62,933 nt of DNA, from assembly GCA_021108075.1 (NCBI GenBank), contig JAIORP010000115.1:1-62933 (forward strand), given 5' to 3'. The translations under genes and the position numbers were made by a program. Below, one piece after another: positions 15,799 to 27,800 of this stretch. The notes beneath the pieces were generated by a model that made no database searches, was not told the origin of the DNA, and saw nothing but the letters and a program-made list of their open reading frames with translations. Position 1 is the stretch's first letter; the number at the start of each line of letters is the position of its first letter. Source of the DNA: Candidatus Omnitrophota bacterium (GTDB lineage Bacteria > Omnitrophota > Gorgyraeia > Zapsychrales > Zapsychraceae).

Positions 15799-18700
15799 AT
15801 GCTTTATAAGCACACGGTACTTAATATAATAAAAGAACATGGTTCTAAAGTCATAGAAAAACATCAGGTGCATTTCTGGAAAGGATTGTCGTTTTTTTTC
15901 TTAAGCTTGGTCCTGATCTGGACTGTTGTTGTCCCTGTTCAAGCCCAGGGGATTTATATCCCGAGTGGTTCGGAAATGAATGTCGCGACAGGTCAACTCA
16001 GTGTTTCCGGTTATGTTGATATTGGGGGCACATTGAGTGTCGATACCGGAAGCGTTTCAACTTCAGGGAATTGGAGCAATTCAGGTGTTTTCACCCCTGG
16101 AACAGGTACTGTGTATTTTAATGGGACATCAGCGGCAACCCAGGTTTTGAACTCGGGTGGCATGGGCACCAATTATAATTTTTACAATATCGCCCATGAC
16201 GGAGCCAGTACTGTCCAGTTAAGCACTCATGCGTTGGATATTAATAATAATTTGTTGAATTCGTGCGGGAGCATCAACGCAAACGGCCAAAACATTACTG
16301 TTGCGGGATCCTGGACGAACGCAGCGACGTTTACGCATGGGAGTGCAACGGTCACATTTGATGGCACAGATCAAAATATCACTGGCGACACAATATTTTA
16401 TAACTTAATGAAAACGACTGCCGCATCTAATACAATGACGTTTACGAATGCCGATGAGCAAATCATCGAAGGGACGTTAACGCTATCAGGCGCGTCAGGG
16501 CAGCTATTGAATCTACGCAGTGACTCAACCAATGATCAATGGTATATCAATTTACGGCCAGGTGGTGCGCAAGCTCTCCAATACTTAGATGTTCAGGACT
16601 CGAACGCCTTTGGTATTACGGGTGGAGGAGATGGCGTGACTCTCGTTGCCGGTGGGACGTCAAACAATCAGGGAAACAATAACAATTGGGTCTTTGGCGG
16701 CGCCACATTGACGTGGCAGGGTGATGTGTCTGCGAACTGGAATATCCCTGGCAATTGGGATTTAGGTTTTGTCCCGGGGGCGGCAGATACGGCGTTTATT
16801 CCGACAGCACCTTTAGGCGGGATTCTTCCGACATTATCAGCCAGTGTTGATGTGACGGATTTAACATTGCAAACAGACGCAGCCGTTTTTTTAGCCGGCT
16901 ATGATCTGCAGGTGACAAACGCGGTCCAGACCGAGGGTACAGTTTATCTGTTTGGAAACGAAACGTTGACCATCGCGTCCATGAATAATGATTCGGGAAT
17001 ATTTAATTTTACCGGAGACAGCGATGGTATAAGTGAAATATTCGTGCTCTCCAGTTTAACGTACTACGATGTTGTCATCAATGATCCAGATGCGACAAAC
17101 GATACGTTCCTGTCTGCAACAGATATCAGCATCGCAGGGAACCTGACGATTACGGCGAGTGAATTTGATATATCAACCAATACGAATACTTTGACGGTCG
17201 CTGGAACTATTTCCGTTGATGACGCGATCCTGCGGGCCGATAATGGTCATGTTGACGCCAACGGCGATGTTGAACTGATCCATGCGAACAGTGAATTGCG
17301 TGCGCCAGGTAACGGACAAAGTTTCACGGTCTCCGGGGATTTTTCACATACAAATGGTACATTCACGCACAACAATGGCGTCGTGACGTTTAACGGGTCC
17401 AACCAATCAATTAATGGCAGTACGACTTTTTATGACTTCAATAAAACAGTCGCGTCGGCTGATACGCTGACCTTTGACCGTGCAGCAACTCAAACCATTA
17501 CGAATAGTCTCGTCCTGCAAGGAGCTTTGGGAAATATTCTTGATATTGAAAGCGATTTAGCAACCCAACAGTTTGCGATAACATTGCAGGCGGGGGCAAC
17601 GCAGACGTTGAGCTATCTGGAAGTCCGTGATTCAGCTGGAAGCGGGGGGATCGGCCTTGTTGCAAGGAATGCAAGTGAACCTAACGGTAATAATGATAAC
17701 TGGTTCTTCTCGGGCGCGAGTATAACCTGGGAAGGTGACGATGTCACGACACCAACAGATTGGGAAACAGCTGCTAATTGGGATTTAGGGATTGTTCCAA
17801 CGACGGATGATACAGCTGTTATTGCTGATGTTTCCGAGGAGCCTCTTTTGACCGCCGCAGCATCCGTCGACAATTTGACCTTGCTATCCGCGGCGACAGT
17901 CACCTTGAGCGGCTATGACATGACAGTCGCCAATATGTTGTCGAATGAGGGGACGATTTATGCCCGAGGGGACGAGACCGTCAATATCAATACAATGGAT
18001 ACAGACTCGGGTGACTATGTTTATACGGGGGATGGCGATGGCGCGGCGGACACGTTCATCATTGCCAATACCGGGACTTCTCCGTCAATGTATTACAATC
18101 TGCAGGTACACGACACGAATGCGACATCAGACACCTTTAGGACGGTACTGGATCTAACCGTTAATCATAATCTTAATGTTACCGACGGTGAGTTAGATAT
18201 CAGCGGGAATGGCAGCACGTTAACTCAGAGCGGTACGTTAACAATCAACGGAGGTGTTTTCCGTACGACAAATGGAACTGTCGATATAAACGGTAGTGTT
18301 GTCCTCAGTAGCGGAATATTTTTCGCGCCGGCCACCGGGCAGACATTCACCATTTCAGCTGACTTTATAAATAGCGGGGGAACGTTTACGCATAATTCTG
18401 GTTTGGTCGTGTTTGATACGACGAACACGTCAACGGTTACCGGGAACACTACTTTTTATGATTTTCAGGCTGCCGTAGGCGGAAAGTCGATGATTTTTGG
18501 GGGGATATCGAATCAAACCGTTGAGAACACACTGACAATGTCTGGGGCGAGCGGTAATCTTATGACAATCCAGTCAACGAACACCGGTGTTGATCAGTGG
18601 GAACTCACAGCTACAAATAGTACTCAATCGACCCAGTTTTTAGATTTAGCCGATGGTGCGGCTTCTGGTAATGATGTGTATTGTTTCAGCTGCACCAATT

Positions 18701-21700
18701 CAGGGAACAATGACGATCTTGCGGCTTCACCGCATTGGATCTTCATGACATTGTCGATCACGAACCCTGAGAGCGGAAAGACGGTTGACACAACCCCGAC
18801 GATTATCGGTGTCGGTCCGACCTCACAAACAATAACGTTCAGGGATATTGCCAACAATTTGATAGCGACGACTGATACGGATGTGAACGGCAACTACCGT
18901 GTTGAAGTGGATCCGTCAGACGCCCTGACAACAGGGGCTAATTCAATTACTCCTTATATCGGGGCCTTATCCGGAGGTGCTGTTCCCCTGGCCATTGCGG
19001 ATCCAACCACACCTGCACAAGTCCCTATCATCACGTCACATATTGATCAGCAACGTGTGAGCGGGGCAACGGTCACGGTCGCCGGGCAGGGTGCGAGTGG
19101 TGATACCGTTACGGTTATGGCCAATGATGCTGACGGGAATATGCTGCTGCAGACAGTTGGTTCCGGTTCGACCGACGGGGCAGGGGATTTTTCCTTTGCC
19201 TTGACGACGGATTTATTAAAAGGGGAAAATTATCTTTCTGTTACCGTTGATGGAGTTGCCAGTGGTATCGTTCCTGTCTTGTTGACCGATCCATTCGGTG
19301 TTGTGTTTGATTCTTCTTCGGACGGCCCTGTGAACAGTTCTATTGTCAGTTTGTACCGCGCATCAGATAATCAATTGGCCAATGCCGCAGATGGTGATAT
19401 CCATGCGACGGATACCAATCCGTATACAACAGCTGCTGATGGTTTTTATAGTTTCTTAACCGCTAATGGTGATTATTATCTTGAGGTTAATGTCGCAGGA
19501 TATGATTATCCTTCAACGGAGGTATCCTTCCCTGCGGGCAGAACAATCGTCACGGGCTCAAAGGGTGAGACATTTACCGTAAGCAGTGTCGTTATTGAAA
19601 TGGATCATCCCGCCGATCCAAACGCGCAAATTTTGCGTATTGCCAAGGATGCAAACAAAGGGGAGGTGACAGTCGGAGAAGTTGTGACCTATACCATGAC
19701 AATCGAGAACATTTCAAGCAATAACATCAGTAATGTTTATCTAAAAGATATTATTCCACCGGGTTTTAAATATCTTGAAGATCGCGTAATGTTGGACGGG
19801 GTGCCTATCTCTAATCCGTCGGGAAATCGACCGTTATTATTTTTTGTTGATTCGTGTCCGTCAGGGGTAACCAGGGTCTTAAAGTATCAGCTGATCGTTG
19901 GTGCGGGTGTTATCCCCGGAAATTATGATAATTCCGCTATTGCCCAGTTTAGTAATGGTAAGCTTTTATCGAATCGAACAACAGAAACGGTCAGAGTGGT
20001 CTTGGATCCGTTGTTTGATCTGGGTATGGTTATCGGTAAGGTATTTTTTGATAAGAATGATAATGGCATACAAGATGCTCCGCAGCATTATTGGGAAGGA
20101 AATGATGAGAAGATTGTCCTTGAAGAACCCATTCCTAACGTTCAGATTGTGATGGAGGATGGAACGGTTATTAAGACGGATGCAGAGGGCCGGTTTAGCG
20201 TTCAAAGCATTATTCCCGGACGGCATTTGTTTAGGATTGACGAACGCTCCTTACCGGAAGGCAGTTATTTAACGACAGAAAAAGTTGTTGTGATAGACGT
20301 TAAAGAGGGCATGATGCATAAAGTCAATTTCGGTGTTAATTTATACGGAGATCAGGTTTTCAGTGAAGACCGGAGTTTTTTTACGCAAAATGTTAAGGTT
20401 GCACTGGAAAGAAATAAACCGCATCCGCGTTTGAATGTTCGTATGTTTGAGGAAGAAGTTGGCGTCCTTAATAATGTCTTTATTCATCAAGTCGAGTTCA
20501 GGGTCTTTTGTAATTATATTTCTTTCATTAATACCTGGACATTAGAGATCCTCGATTGGGATACGCATCGTTTGATCAAAAGTTTTAGTGGGAATCATTT
20601 TACGTTGCATGATCCCATCTTCTGGGATGGCTTAGATCTAACAGGCGAACACATTCGTATTGATCGTCGATATGGCTATAGGGTAATAGTTAGTGATAAA
20701 CGGGGCAAAAAAGATGTGACAAAGATCATACCGTTGAATATTAAGAAATTAAAAACAGATGCTGAAAGGCAAGCTCATTTGCTGGCTCAGGAAAAGGCAC
20801 GGGAAGACTATATGAAATGGTTGGAAAAAGAAAATAAACAAAATCAACTTAAAGAACAGCATATTTTGATAGAAGGTGAGACGCTTACGATAGAACGATT
20901 GGTCAAGGGATTGCAGAATATTTCCATTTACAAAGGCGGCAGCCTGGTTGCTGAGTTGCCGATATTGGAGAAACGTGGTATCAGCGCCAGTGATTTATTA
21001 GACGGTGAAATTGTTAAGGATGCAGGAAAAACCATACCGCTTGAAGTTATCCTGCCTTATGGGGACTATGATATTATCGCTCAATCGACGGAAGCCAGCC
21101 CTTCCAGCCCGCCGCAACGATTTGAGCCAATAACGGGAAGTGTTTCCGGGGGTGTTTTTGTCGATGATCGAATAAAACCATCAGACAAGGTGATGAGGTC
21201 TTACCGTAAAGCGATCAAAGTCGGTGAAGATTATATGTTTTTTGTTGCTTTAGGTGATGCCTTGGCCGGGTACTCTTTCATGAAGGGAAAACTGGATGTG
21301 GTTGAACATGATGATAAATATAATGATGGTTTTTGGGTCGACGGTAAGATGGCGTATTTTTTGCAGGGTAAGATTAAAGGGAAATATTTGATCACATCGA
21401 GTTTTGATACCGACCGTGACCGCAAAGCCCTTTTCAAGAAGATCGAAAAAGATAAATATTATCCCGTCTATGGTGATTCTTCTACGGTCGACTATCAAGC
21501 GACAAATACACAAGGCCCGTTATATCTTTTAGTTGAGTGGGATAAATCATCTGTTTTATGGGGCAATTATAGTATCGGCTTTGATGAAACGGAGTTCGCT
21601 CAATTTTCTCGTACTTTGTATGGTGGGAAAGTGGACTTTGAATCCTTGAGCTCCACCGAATATGGAGAATCCCGAACGAAAGCGGTTGTCTTCAGAGCTC

Positions 21701-24700
21701 AAGCGCAGCAGAAATCAGCCCATAATGAATTATTATCGACGGGTGGGTCGCTGTACTATCTCAAGCATAAAGACATTATTCAGGGTTCAGATAAAGTGCT
21801 GATTGAAGTACGGGATAAGATTACAGGCCTTGTTCGGTTAACGAAAGAAATGGAAGAGGGTGTTGATTATGAAATGGATTATGATGAAGGACGTATGATT
21901 TTTTGGAAACCGGTAGAAGTTATGATGAATTCGGATTCCATTATTTCAAACCAATTGTTAGCCGGTGATATGATCCATGTGGTTGTCGATTATGAATATG
22001 ACATCAAAGATAGCTATGATCAGGCCAATATCGGTGCGCGTGTGCGACAAGCATTGACCGATGAGGTCATCGTTGGGGGCACATATGTCAAAGAAAATCA
22101 GGAGTCATCCGACTATGAGCTGAGCGGATTTGATATGAAGATTCATTTAGGCAAAGATGCAACGGTCATGGCTGAATATGCCCAATCCCAGTCAGAAGCG
22201 GAAGGCTCATTTGTTTCAACCGATGGGGGTATTACGTTTATCGAGTTGTCCACGGATGATTCCGCCCGGGGAAAAGCATTTGGCATTAAGGGAGACGCGC
22301 GTTTGTTTAATAAGATTGGTCTCTCCGCGGCATATAAATATATTGATAATAATTTTTCAACATCAGCAACTTCAGCCCAGCAGGGCAAAGAAATTTTTGG
22401 ATTTAATGCTGTTTATGATGTGAACGAGTCAACACGGCTAACCTTGAGCCAGGATATTCAACGTCTGATAGAAGAGGGCAATTTGCAAACACAGTTACAA
22501 GTGGGCGCAACACAGACAGCAACAACACTGGTTCAGTTGGTCCACGAAGCGCGTCGTTTGCGTTTAACGGCAGAATACCGTCACCAGGATGTAACAGAAA
22601 GATTAGATCAATTTGATTCTCAAACGAATTCTGAAGATGACACCTTAGCCGTCCAGGTGGATTATAAATTGAATGACAAGATTGCCTTAAAGGTGAAGCA
22701 GCAGGTTGGTATGTCAGAAGATTCCACGACGCAAACAACCATCGGTATCGTTGCGAAACCAACAGATAAGCTCGTCCTGTCCGCCGAGAAGACATTAGGA
22801 GAGGGGGGTGTTGCAACAAGCGTTGATGCCAAAGTGGATATGAACGGCCTGTTTACTTTGACCGGGGACTATTCAATTAAGGGCGAGGAGTCCGGTAAAT
22901 ACTTATCAGACACGACAACATCTGCATCGGTTGGAGCCTCAAAAAAAATTAGTGACCTCGTTGAGTTGGAAAGTAAATTTGGTGTTATTGATATCCTCGG
23001 AGAGGCTGAAACCGCTACGGTGTCTTTAGGAGGAAAATCCCAGGTCGACGAACAAACGTCAATAGAAAGCTCCATCGCATTAGCGACATCGGATGATTCT
23101 CAAGCGACAACGTTTAGTTTTGGCGGAAGTTCGCAAGTCGATGACAAAACAAAGGTGGAAAGCAAGATCTCTTTAACTGGCGCGGATGATGGTGGTACGA
23201 CGACTTTGACGTTTGGTGGGACTTCTCAAGTGGATGAAAAGACACGGAGTCAGAGTTCCATGTCTGTCACAGATTCGACATCTGGTGAAGCCGTCCGGGC
23301 GTTCAATTTTGGGACAACAACTAAATTAACAGACGACATTCAACTCGCTTCGAATCAAATTTTTAATACGGGCCAAGAAAACAGGAAGACGGAAGACAAG
23401 TACAGTTTGGTCAGGGTTAAAGACGGCCGTAAGTTGGAAGGTTCATTGTCACGTGTTTATTCTCAGAATACCGATGAGATTTCGAGCTCGAACATTTTTG
23501 GTTTAACAGGAGATGTTGATGATAAGTGGGCATTGACGGGATCATTTGAAAGAGGTGCTATCCAGAAGCATGATGGTGCACATTCAGACCGGCAAGCCAT
23601 TTCCATCGCGTTAGGCTATGTCGATAAAGACCAGGAGACGGGCGAGACATTGCAGAGTTCGACCAAAGTCGAAGTTGTGTTGGATGATGGAGATCAAGAT
23701 AAGAGACAGTATCTGGTCTATCATACGACAGAAGGAAAACTAACCTCTGAGTGGGATATCTTTAGCCGGTTGGAGTACTCCAAAACGCGAAATTTAACGG
23801 CTGGAGTGACGGAAGCCCGTCATCGCAAATTTATTCTCGGTGGAGCTTTTCGTCCCATTCTGCATGACCGGTTCAATTTTTTAGGCCGTTACACTTATTT
23901 AGAAAATAAATCTCCTGCGGACCAAACGGATAATGCGGACGTTGAAGAGGAAGCCGCGCACGTGATCTCTACAGGGATCATTTATGATATTAATGATCAA
24001 TGGCGGTTTTCTGAAAGATTTGCTTACCGGATTGGGAAGGAAAAGGTTGTTGGGTTTGACTTTAATAAAACACATACGTGGTTGATGATTCATCGTCTCG
24101 ATTATAAGATTTCACCGAATTGGATGGTTGGAGGAGAATACCGGGCGTTAACGCAAAGAGAAGCGAAAGACAGCCGCCGGGGATTATTAATCGAGGTCGT
24201 GCGCAATATCAATGAATATGCTCAGATAGGCGCGGGATATAACTTCACGGACTTTACGGATGATCTGACAGATTTAGACTATCAACGCCAGGGAGCTTTT
24301 GTCCGTTTGACCGGGAAGTTTTATGATCAAACTCCGGAAGAAATCGAACGGGCCAAACAAAAATGGATTGAAGAGAAAATCAAACGATGGGCTTGGGTGA
24401 TGGTCAGTGATGAGCTGCAGCGCGATAATAGCCCGATATTAGATGAACTCAATCACTGTTTCATTCTAGCAGAATCAGCTGGTCAGGCCGGGGACTATCA
24501 GGAAGCGCATAAAATTTATTTGGATATTATTTCAGCCGGTCAGATGATGTATGAAGAAGCGGCCGACTATATTCGGTCACAGATCGTGCAAGAGCGCCGT
24601 TGGAAAGATATGAGCAAGCAAGCGGATCAATTGATCCATAAAGGCCAATATGAAAAAGCTAAGAAAATATTAGAGAAAATTCTGGAAGAAGTTTATCAAG

Positions 24701-24714
24701 GTGTGCTAGAATGA
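15799..24714 (+). CDS. Giant surface/outer-membrane protein (2971 aa)
   Basis: Long signal region ending VQA|QG. Three modules of about 345 aa (markers TFYNLMKT, TFYDFNKT, TFYDFQAA). Ig-like segments, a DUF11-like segment (VTVGEVVTYTMTIENISSNNISNVYLKDIIPPGFKY) and a Cna-B/SdrD-like segment (GKVFFDKNDNGIQD...EGRFSV). About 1000 aa of alternating beta-strand-like sequence, then a helical tail. Confidence 0.8.
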   Translation: MLYKHTVLNIIKEHGSKVIEKHQVHFWKGLSFFFLSLVLIWTVVVPVQAQGIYIPSGSEMNVATGQLSVSGYVDIGGTLSVDTGSVSTSGNWSNSGVFTPGTGTVYFNGTSAATQVLNSGGMGTNYNFYNIAHDGASTVQLSTHALDINNNLLNSCGSINANGQNITVAGSWTNAATFTHGSATVTFDGTDQNITGDTIFYNLMKTTAASNTMTFTNADEQIIEGTLTLSGASGQLLNLRSDSTNDQWYINLRPGGAQALQYLDVQDSNAFGITGGGDGVTLVAGGTSNNQGNNNNWVFGGATLTWQGDVSANWNIPGNWDLGFVPGAADTAFIPTAPLGGILPTLSASVDVTDLTLQTDAAVFLAGYDLQVTNAVQTEGTVYLFGNETLTIASMNNDSGIFNFTGDSDGISEIFVLSSLTYYDVVINDPDATNDTFLSATDISIAGNLTITASEFDISTNTNTLTVAGTISVDDAILRADNGHVDANGDVELIHANSELRAPGNGQSFTVSGDFSHTNGTFTHNNGVVTFNGSNQSINGSTTFYDFNKTVASADTLTFDRAATQTITNSLVLQGALGNILDIESDLATQQFAITLQAGATQTLSYLEVRDSAGSGGIGLVARNASEPNGNNDNWFFSGASITWEGDDVTTPTDWETAANWDLGIVPTTDDTAVIADVSEEPLLTAAASVDNLTLLSAATVTLSGYDMTVANMLSNEGTIYARGDETVNINTMDTDSGDYVYTGDGDGAADTFIIANTGTSPSMYYNLQVHDTNATSDTFRTVLDLTVNHNLNVTDGELDISGNGSTLTQSGTLTINGGVFRTTNGTVDINGSVVLSSGIFFAPATGQTFTISADFINSGGTFTHNSGLVVFDTTNTSTVTGNTTFYDFQAAVGGKSMIFGGISNQTVENTLTMSGASGNLMTIQSTNTGVDQWELTATNSTQSTQFLDLADGAASGNDVYCFSCTNSGNNDDLAASPHWIFMTLSITNPESGKTVDTTPTIIGVGPTSQTITFRDIANNLIATTDTDVNGNYRVEVDPSDALTTGANSITPYIGALSGGAVPLAIADPTTPAQVPIITSHIDQQRVSGATVTVAGQGASGDTVTVMANDADGNMLLQTVGSGSTDGAGDFSFALTTDLLKGENYLSVTVDGVASGIVPVLLTDPFGVVFDSSSDGPVNSSIVSLYRASDNQLANAADGDIHATDTNPYTTAADGFYSFLTANGDYYLEVNVAGYDYPSTEVSFPAGRTIVTGSKGETFTVSSVVIEMDHPADPNAQILRIAKDANKGEVTVGEVVTYTMTIENISSNNISNVYLKDIIPPGFKYLEDRVMLDGVPISNPSGNRPLLFFVDSCPSGVTRVLKYQLIVGAGVIPGNYDNSAIAQFSNGKLLSNRTTETVRVVLDPLFDLGMVIGKVFFDKNDNGIQDAPQHYWEGNDEKIVLEEPIPNVQIVMEDGTVIKTDAEGRFSVQSIIPGRHLFRIDERSLPEGSYLTTEKVVVIDVKEGMMHKVNFGVNLYGDQVFSEDRSFFTQNVKVALERNKPHPRLNVRMFEEEVGVLNNVFIHQVEFRVFCNYISFINTWTLEILDWDTHRLIKSFSGNHFTLHDPIFWDGLDLTGEHIRIDRRYGYRVIVSDKRGKKDVTKIIPLNIKKLKTDAERQAHLLAQEKAREDYMKWLEKENKQNQLKEQHILIEGETLTIERLVKGLQNISIYKGGSLVAELPILEKRGISASDLLDGEIVKDAGKTIPLEVILPYGDYDIIAQSTEASPSSPPQRFEPITGSVSGGVFVDDRIKPSDKVMRSYRKAIKVGEDYMFFVALGDALAGYSFMKGKLDVVEHDDKYNDGFWVDGKMAYFLQGKIKGKYLITSSFDTDRDRKALFKKIEKDKYYPVYGDSSTVDYQATNTQGPLYLLVEWDKSSVLWGNYSIGFDETEFAQFSRTLYGGKVDFESLSSTEYGESRTKAVVFRAQAQQKSAHNELLSTGGSLYYLKHKDIIQGSDKVLIEVRDKITGLVRLTKEMEEGVDYEMDYDEGRMIFWKPVEVMMNSDSIISNQLLAGDMIHVVVDYEYDIKDSYDQANIGARVRQALTDEVIVGGTYVKENQESSDYELSGFDMKIHLGKDATVMAEYAQSQSEAEGSFVSTDGGITFIELSTDDSARGKAFGIKGDARLFNKIGLSAAYKYIDNNFSTSATSAQQGKEIFGFNAVYDVNESTRLTLSQDIQRLIEEGNLQTQLQVGATQTATTLVQLVHEARRLRLTAEYRHQDVTERLDQFDSQTNSEDDTLAVQVDYKLNDKIALKVKQQVGMSEDSTTQTTIGIVAKPTDKLVLSAEKTLGEGGVATSVDAKVDMNGLFTLTGDYSIKGEESGKYLSDTTTSASVGASKKISDLVELESKFGVIDILGEAETATVSLGGKSQVDEQTSIESSIALATSDDSQATTFSFGGSSQVDDKTKVESKISLTGADDGGTTTLTFGGTSQVDEKTRSQSSMSVTDSTSGEAVRAFNFGTTTKLTDDIQLASNQIFNTGQENRKTEDKYSLVRVKDGRKLEGSLSRVYSQNTDEISSSNIFGLTGDVDDKWALTGSFERGAIQKHDGAHSDRQAISIALGYVDKDQETGETLQSSTKVEVVLDDGDQDKRQYLVYHTTEGKLTSEWDIFSRLEYSKTRNLTAGVTEARHRKFILGGAFRPILHDRFNFLGRYTYLENKSPADQTDNADVEEEAAHVISTGIIYDINDQWRFSERFAYRIGKEKVVGFDFNKTHTWLMIHRLDYKISPNWMVGGEYRALTQREAKDSRRGLLIEVVRNINEYAQIGAGYNFTDFTDDLTDLDYQRQGAFVRLTGKFYDQTPEEIERAKQKWIEEKIKRWAWVMVSDELQRDNSPILDELNHCFILAESAGQAGDYQEAHKIYLDIISAGQMMYEEAADYIRSQIVQERRWKDMSKQADQLIHKGQYEKAKKILEKILEEVYQGVLE

Positions 24715-24823
24715 CCCTTACTTAAGATAATAATAGTATTAATTATATTTAGTTAATTAATTTATCGAGGGATTGTTTCTCATTGAGAAATTGACCTTTC
24801 TACAATAGGCTGTCTCCTTTTCT

Positions 24824-27800
24824 ATGATATTGAAAAAAAAATATTATATTTTATTATTTCTCATCACGCTGTTTATCACGCCCATCGTTTCTGCCCAGGA
24901 GCTTGGTAAGGCTCAAGTCCCACAACCGTTTAAAGAGCAAAAATTGGAAGAGGGGTTTATTCTTGATTTAAAATCGTTGATAGAAAAGTCCAAAAAGAAA
25001 ATTGAAAAAGTTGATGAAAAAATCAAGGAACAGGCTGTTTATCGGCGGAATTTGCAAAGGGAAGAAAAAGCGCGGGGGCTCTACCAACAAGCGCTGCGTC
25101 TTTTTGAGGAAGAGAAATATGACAAAGCCGGAGAAATTTGGGAAAAAGCCATCGTGATTACGGGACATCCTGAGATGAAGGATTATATGCGTACAAGCGT
25201 TAAACGCACGAAGAAAAAAATAAAAGCGATGAAGAAGGCGGAAGAAGTTCGGATTCAACAACTGGAAGAGGACAGAGGCTATACGTTCAAACAAGTTGAG
25301 AAAGAATATCAAACCGCAATAAGTCTGTATAAAAAAGGTCAGTACTTAGAATCCCGGAAACGTTTTGAGCAAGTTGAAAAAATGTTCTTGGACCACAAAG
25401 GAACGCGCAGCTATTTAAAGTTGATTGATATGCACATTCAAGAAGAGCAAAAAAGACTTATCGCTCAGAAATTAAAAGAAAAGGCGACAGAGCGAAAAAA
25501 GAAAAAAGCCGAATGGCGGACAACAATTGCGAATCAGGAAAAAGAAAAGTCGATAGAGAAAAAAGAAAAAGCAGCGAATTTATACACTGAAGCGATCAAA
25601 CTGTATAAGATTCAGCAATATGGTTCCGCTAAAGAAAAATTCAAGGAAATTGAATGGCTTTTGCCGAATTACCGCTCCACCCGTAAGTACCTGATTAAAG
25701 TTAAGAAGGCGATTAGGAAAGAAGAAGAAAGAAAGAAAAATCATAAAGAACGGATCATCGATGAACGATTAGAAGAAGTTGTGAATTTGCGTTTTGAAGA
25801 ACAGCAAAAAATAAGGTCTTCTGCCCGGAAAAAGTTGGATAAAGAGAAAAGATTGAAAGAAGAAGCGGATTTCATATATAAAGCCGCCCTGAATTTGTAT
25901 AACCAGAAAGATTACATCGGCGCGCATAATAAATTCAAGGAAGTTCATGAGATTTATCCCTTTTATAAAAAGACAAATAAGTATATTAAAAAACTAGCAA
26001 AAAAAATTGTCGCTATTCAAAGGAAGAAGGTTGATCAAGAGAAGGCTGATCAGGAAGAACCGAAGAAAATGGAATCCATGGACGTTCGGGGTGAGAACAC
26101 AGAGTTAACACCCATGCAAATGCAGGCCTTGTCTTTAGCGTATGATTCAGCTGTTTCCTTATACGAGAGCAAACACTATGAGATGGCATCTGCGCGATTT
26201 GAGGATATTCGGGGGATTAATCCCTCCTATAAAAAGACAGCTTTATATCTAGAGAAGATCGATAAAATTTTGAATAAAAAAAAGGTAATAAAGCCCAGAT
26301 CTAAGAAAGACCTCGTTCGACAGAAGAAGAAGGAACTGAATCCGGTCTACCAGGAGGGGATTAAATTATTTGAACAGAGGCAATATTTGGCCTCGAAATC
26401 GCTCTTTGAACAGGTTCAAAAAACGATACCGAACTATAAGCAAACGAAGAAGTATTTGCATGATATCAAACAGGCTCAATATGATGATGTTGAGGGATTC
26501 CTGAATCAGACGGGTTTATCGACATTGCCTTATAACGATAAGATTGTTTATGAGATACGGGAACGGCGAAAACAATTGGTCGAGCAATCGGAAGTAAAAT
26601 ACAAAACGGCTTTAGCTCTATATCACACCAACAAATATCAGCAGTCCAAACAGAAATTTATTGAATTAGAAGCTTTTTATCCCGGGTATAAAGATGTTTT
26701 AATGCATCTTGCCAAGATCGATGATGAAATAGCAAGGGCTGTTGTGCCGCCGGATAGAAAATTAGAAAAGATCCGGATTGATAATACCCAATGGGAGCCG
26801 GAAGTCTTTCAGCGTAAAATTCAGGTGGAACAGATTGTGAACGATGGATCCAATAGGGTCGAAAATATTTATTCAGAGGCGAGGGCTCTTTATAAACGAA
26901 AGCAATATGAAGAAGCTTTCAGCAAATTTTTAGAGGTGAACCAATTGCAACAGGGGTATAAATCGGTTAAGCCGTACATGAAAAAAACTGAGCGGATGAT
27001 AGAAAGGTTACAGCTTAAAAAAGATCGCCAACAGGCCAAAGAACAAGCGCGTTTAGTAAAACTTAAAAAATTTGAAGCAAAGAAGCCTGGGAGTCATGCT
27101 GCGGCTGAAAAAAAGAGACTGGCGGATATTAAGGCCCAGGAAGAAGAGGCTTTGAAATTAGCGCAAGAAGAAGAACAATTAGCGCGTGATAAAATTAAAG
27201 AAGCTTTGCGTTTAGAAAAAATAAAGAAGAAAAAGTTAGCTCAAAAGGAACGGCAAAATACAATCGCGCAGAAAAAACAAGAAAAAGAACAGCGTCGGAT
27301 GGAAGCTTTGAAGAAAAAAGAGTTGAAAAAGAATAAGAAGTCTCAGAATTTAGCAAAGCGTCTGGCAGAGAAAGAAAGTCGGCGTTTAGAGAAATTAAGG
27401 GAGAAAGAGGAAAAAGAAAAAAAAGCTGCGCAACTAGCATTGCAGAAAGAATTGTCGGAGAAGAATAGATTGCAGGATGAATTGAAACGGCAAGCTGAAA
27501 AGGAACAGGCACAAAGTCAAAAAGAAAGAGATCAACTTCGTTTAAAGCGTTTAAAGGAAAAACAAGATAATCTCAAAGCCAAACAGGAAGCGAAAGCTCG
27601 AAGAAAATTGGAGAAAGAGCAAAAGCGTGAAGAAAAAAGGGCCCAAAAACAATTTAAAGCAGATCAAAAGGAAAAGAACAGATATGGAACCGTCTATAAC
27701 TCGCAAGAGGACGAACAACAGCTGAGCAAACGCGCGCGTAAAGTGCAGACGGGTATCAAAAAGGACCAAGGTCAAGTCGATCGTCATAAGCAAAAAGTTG

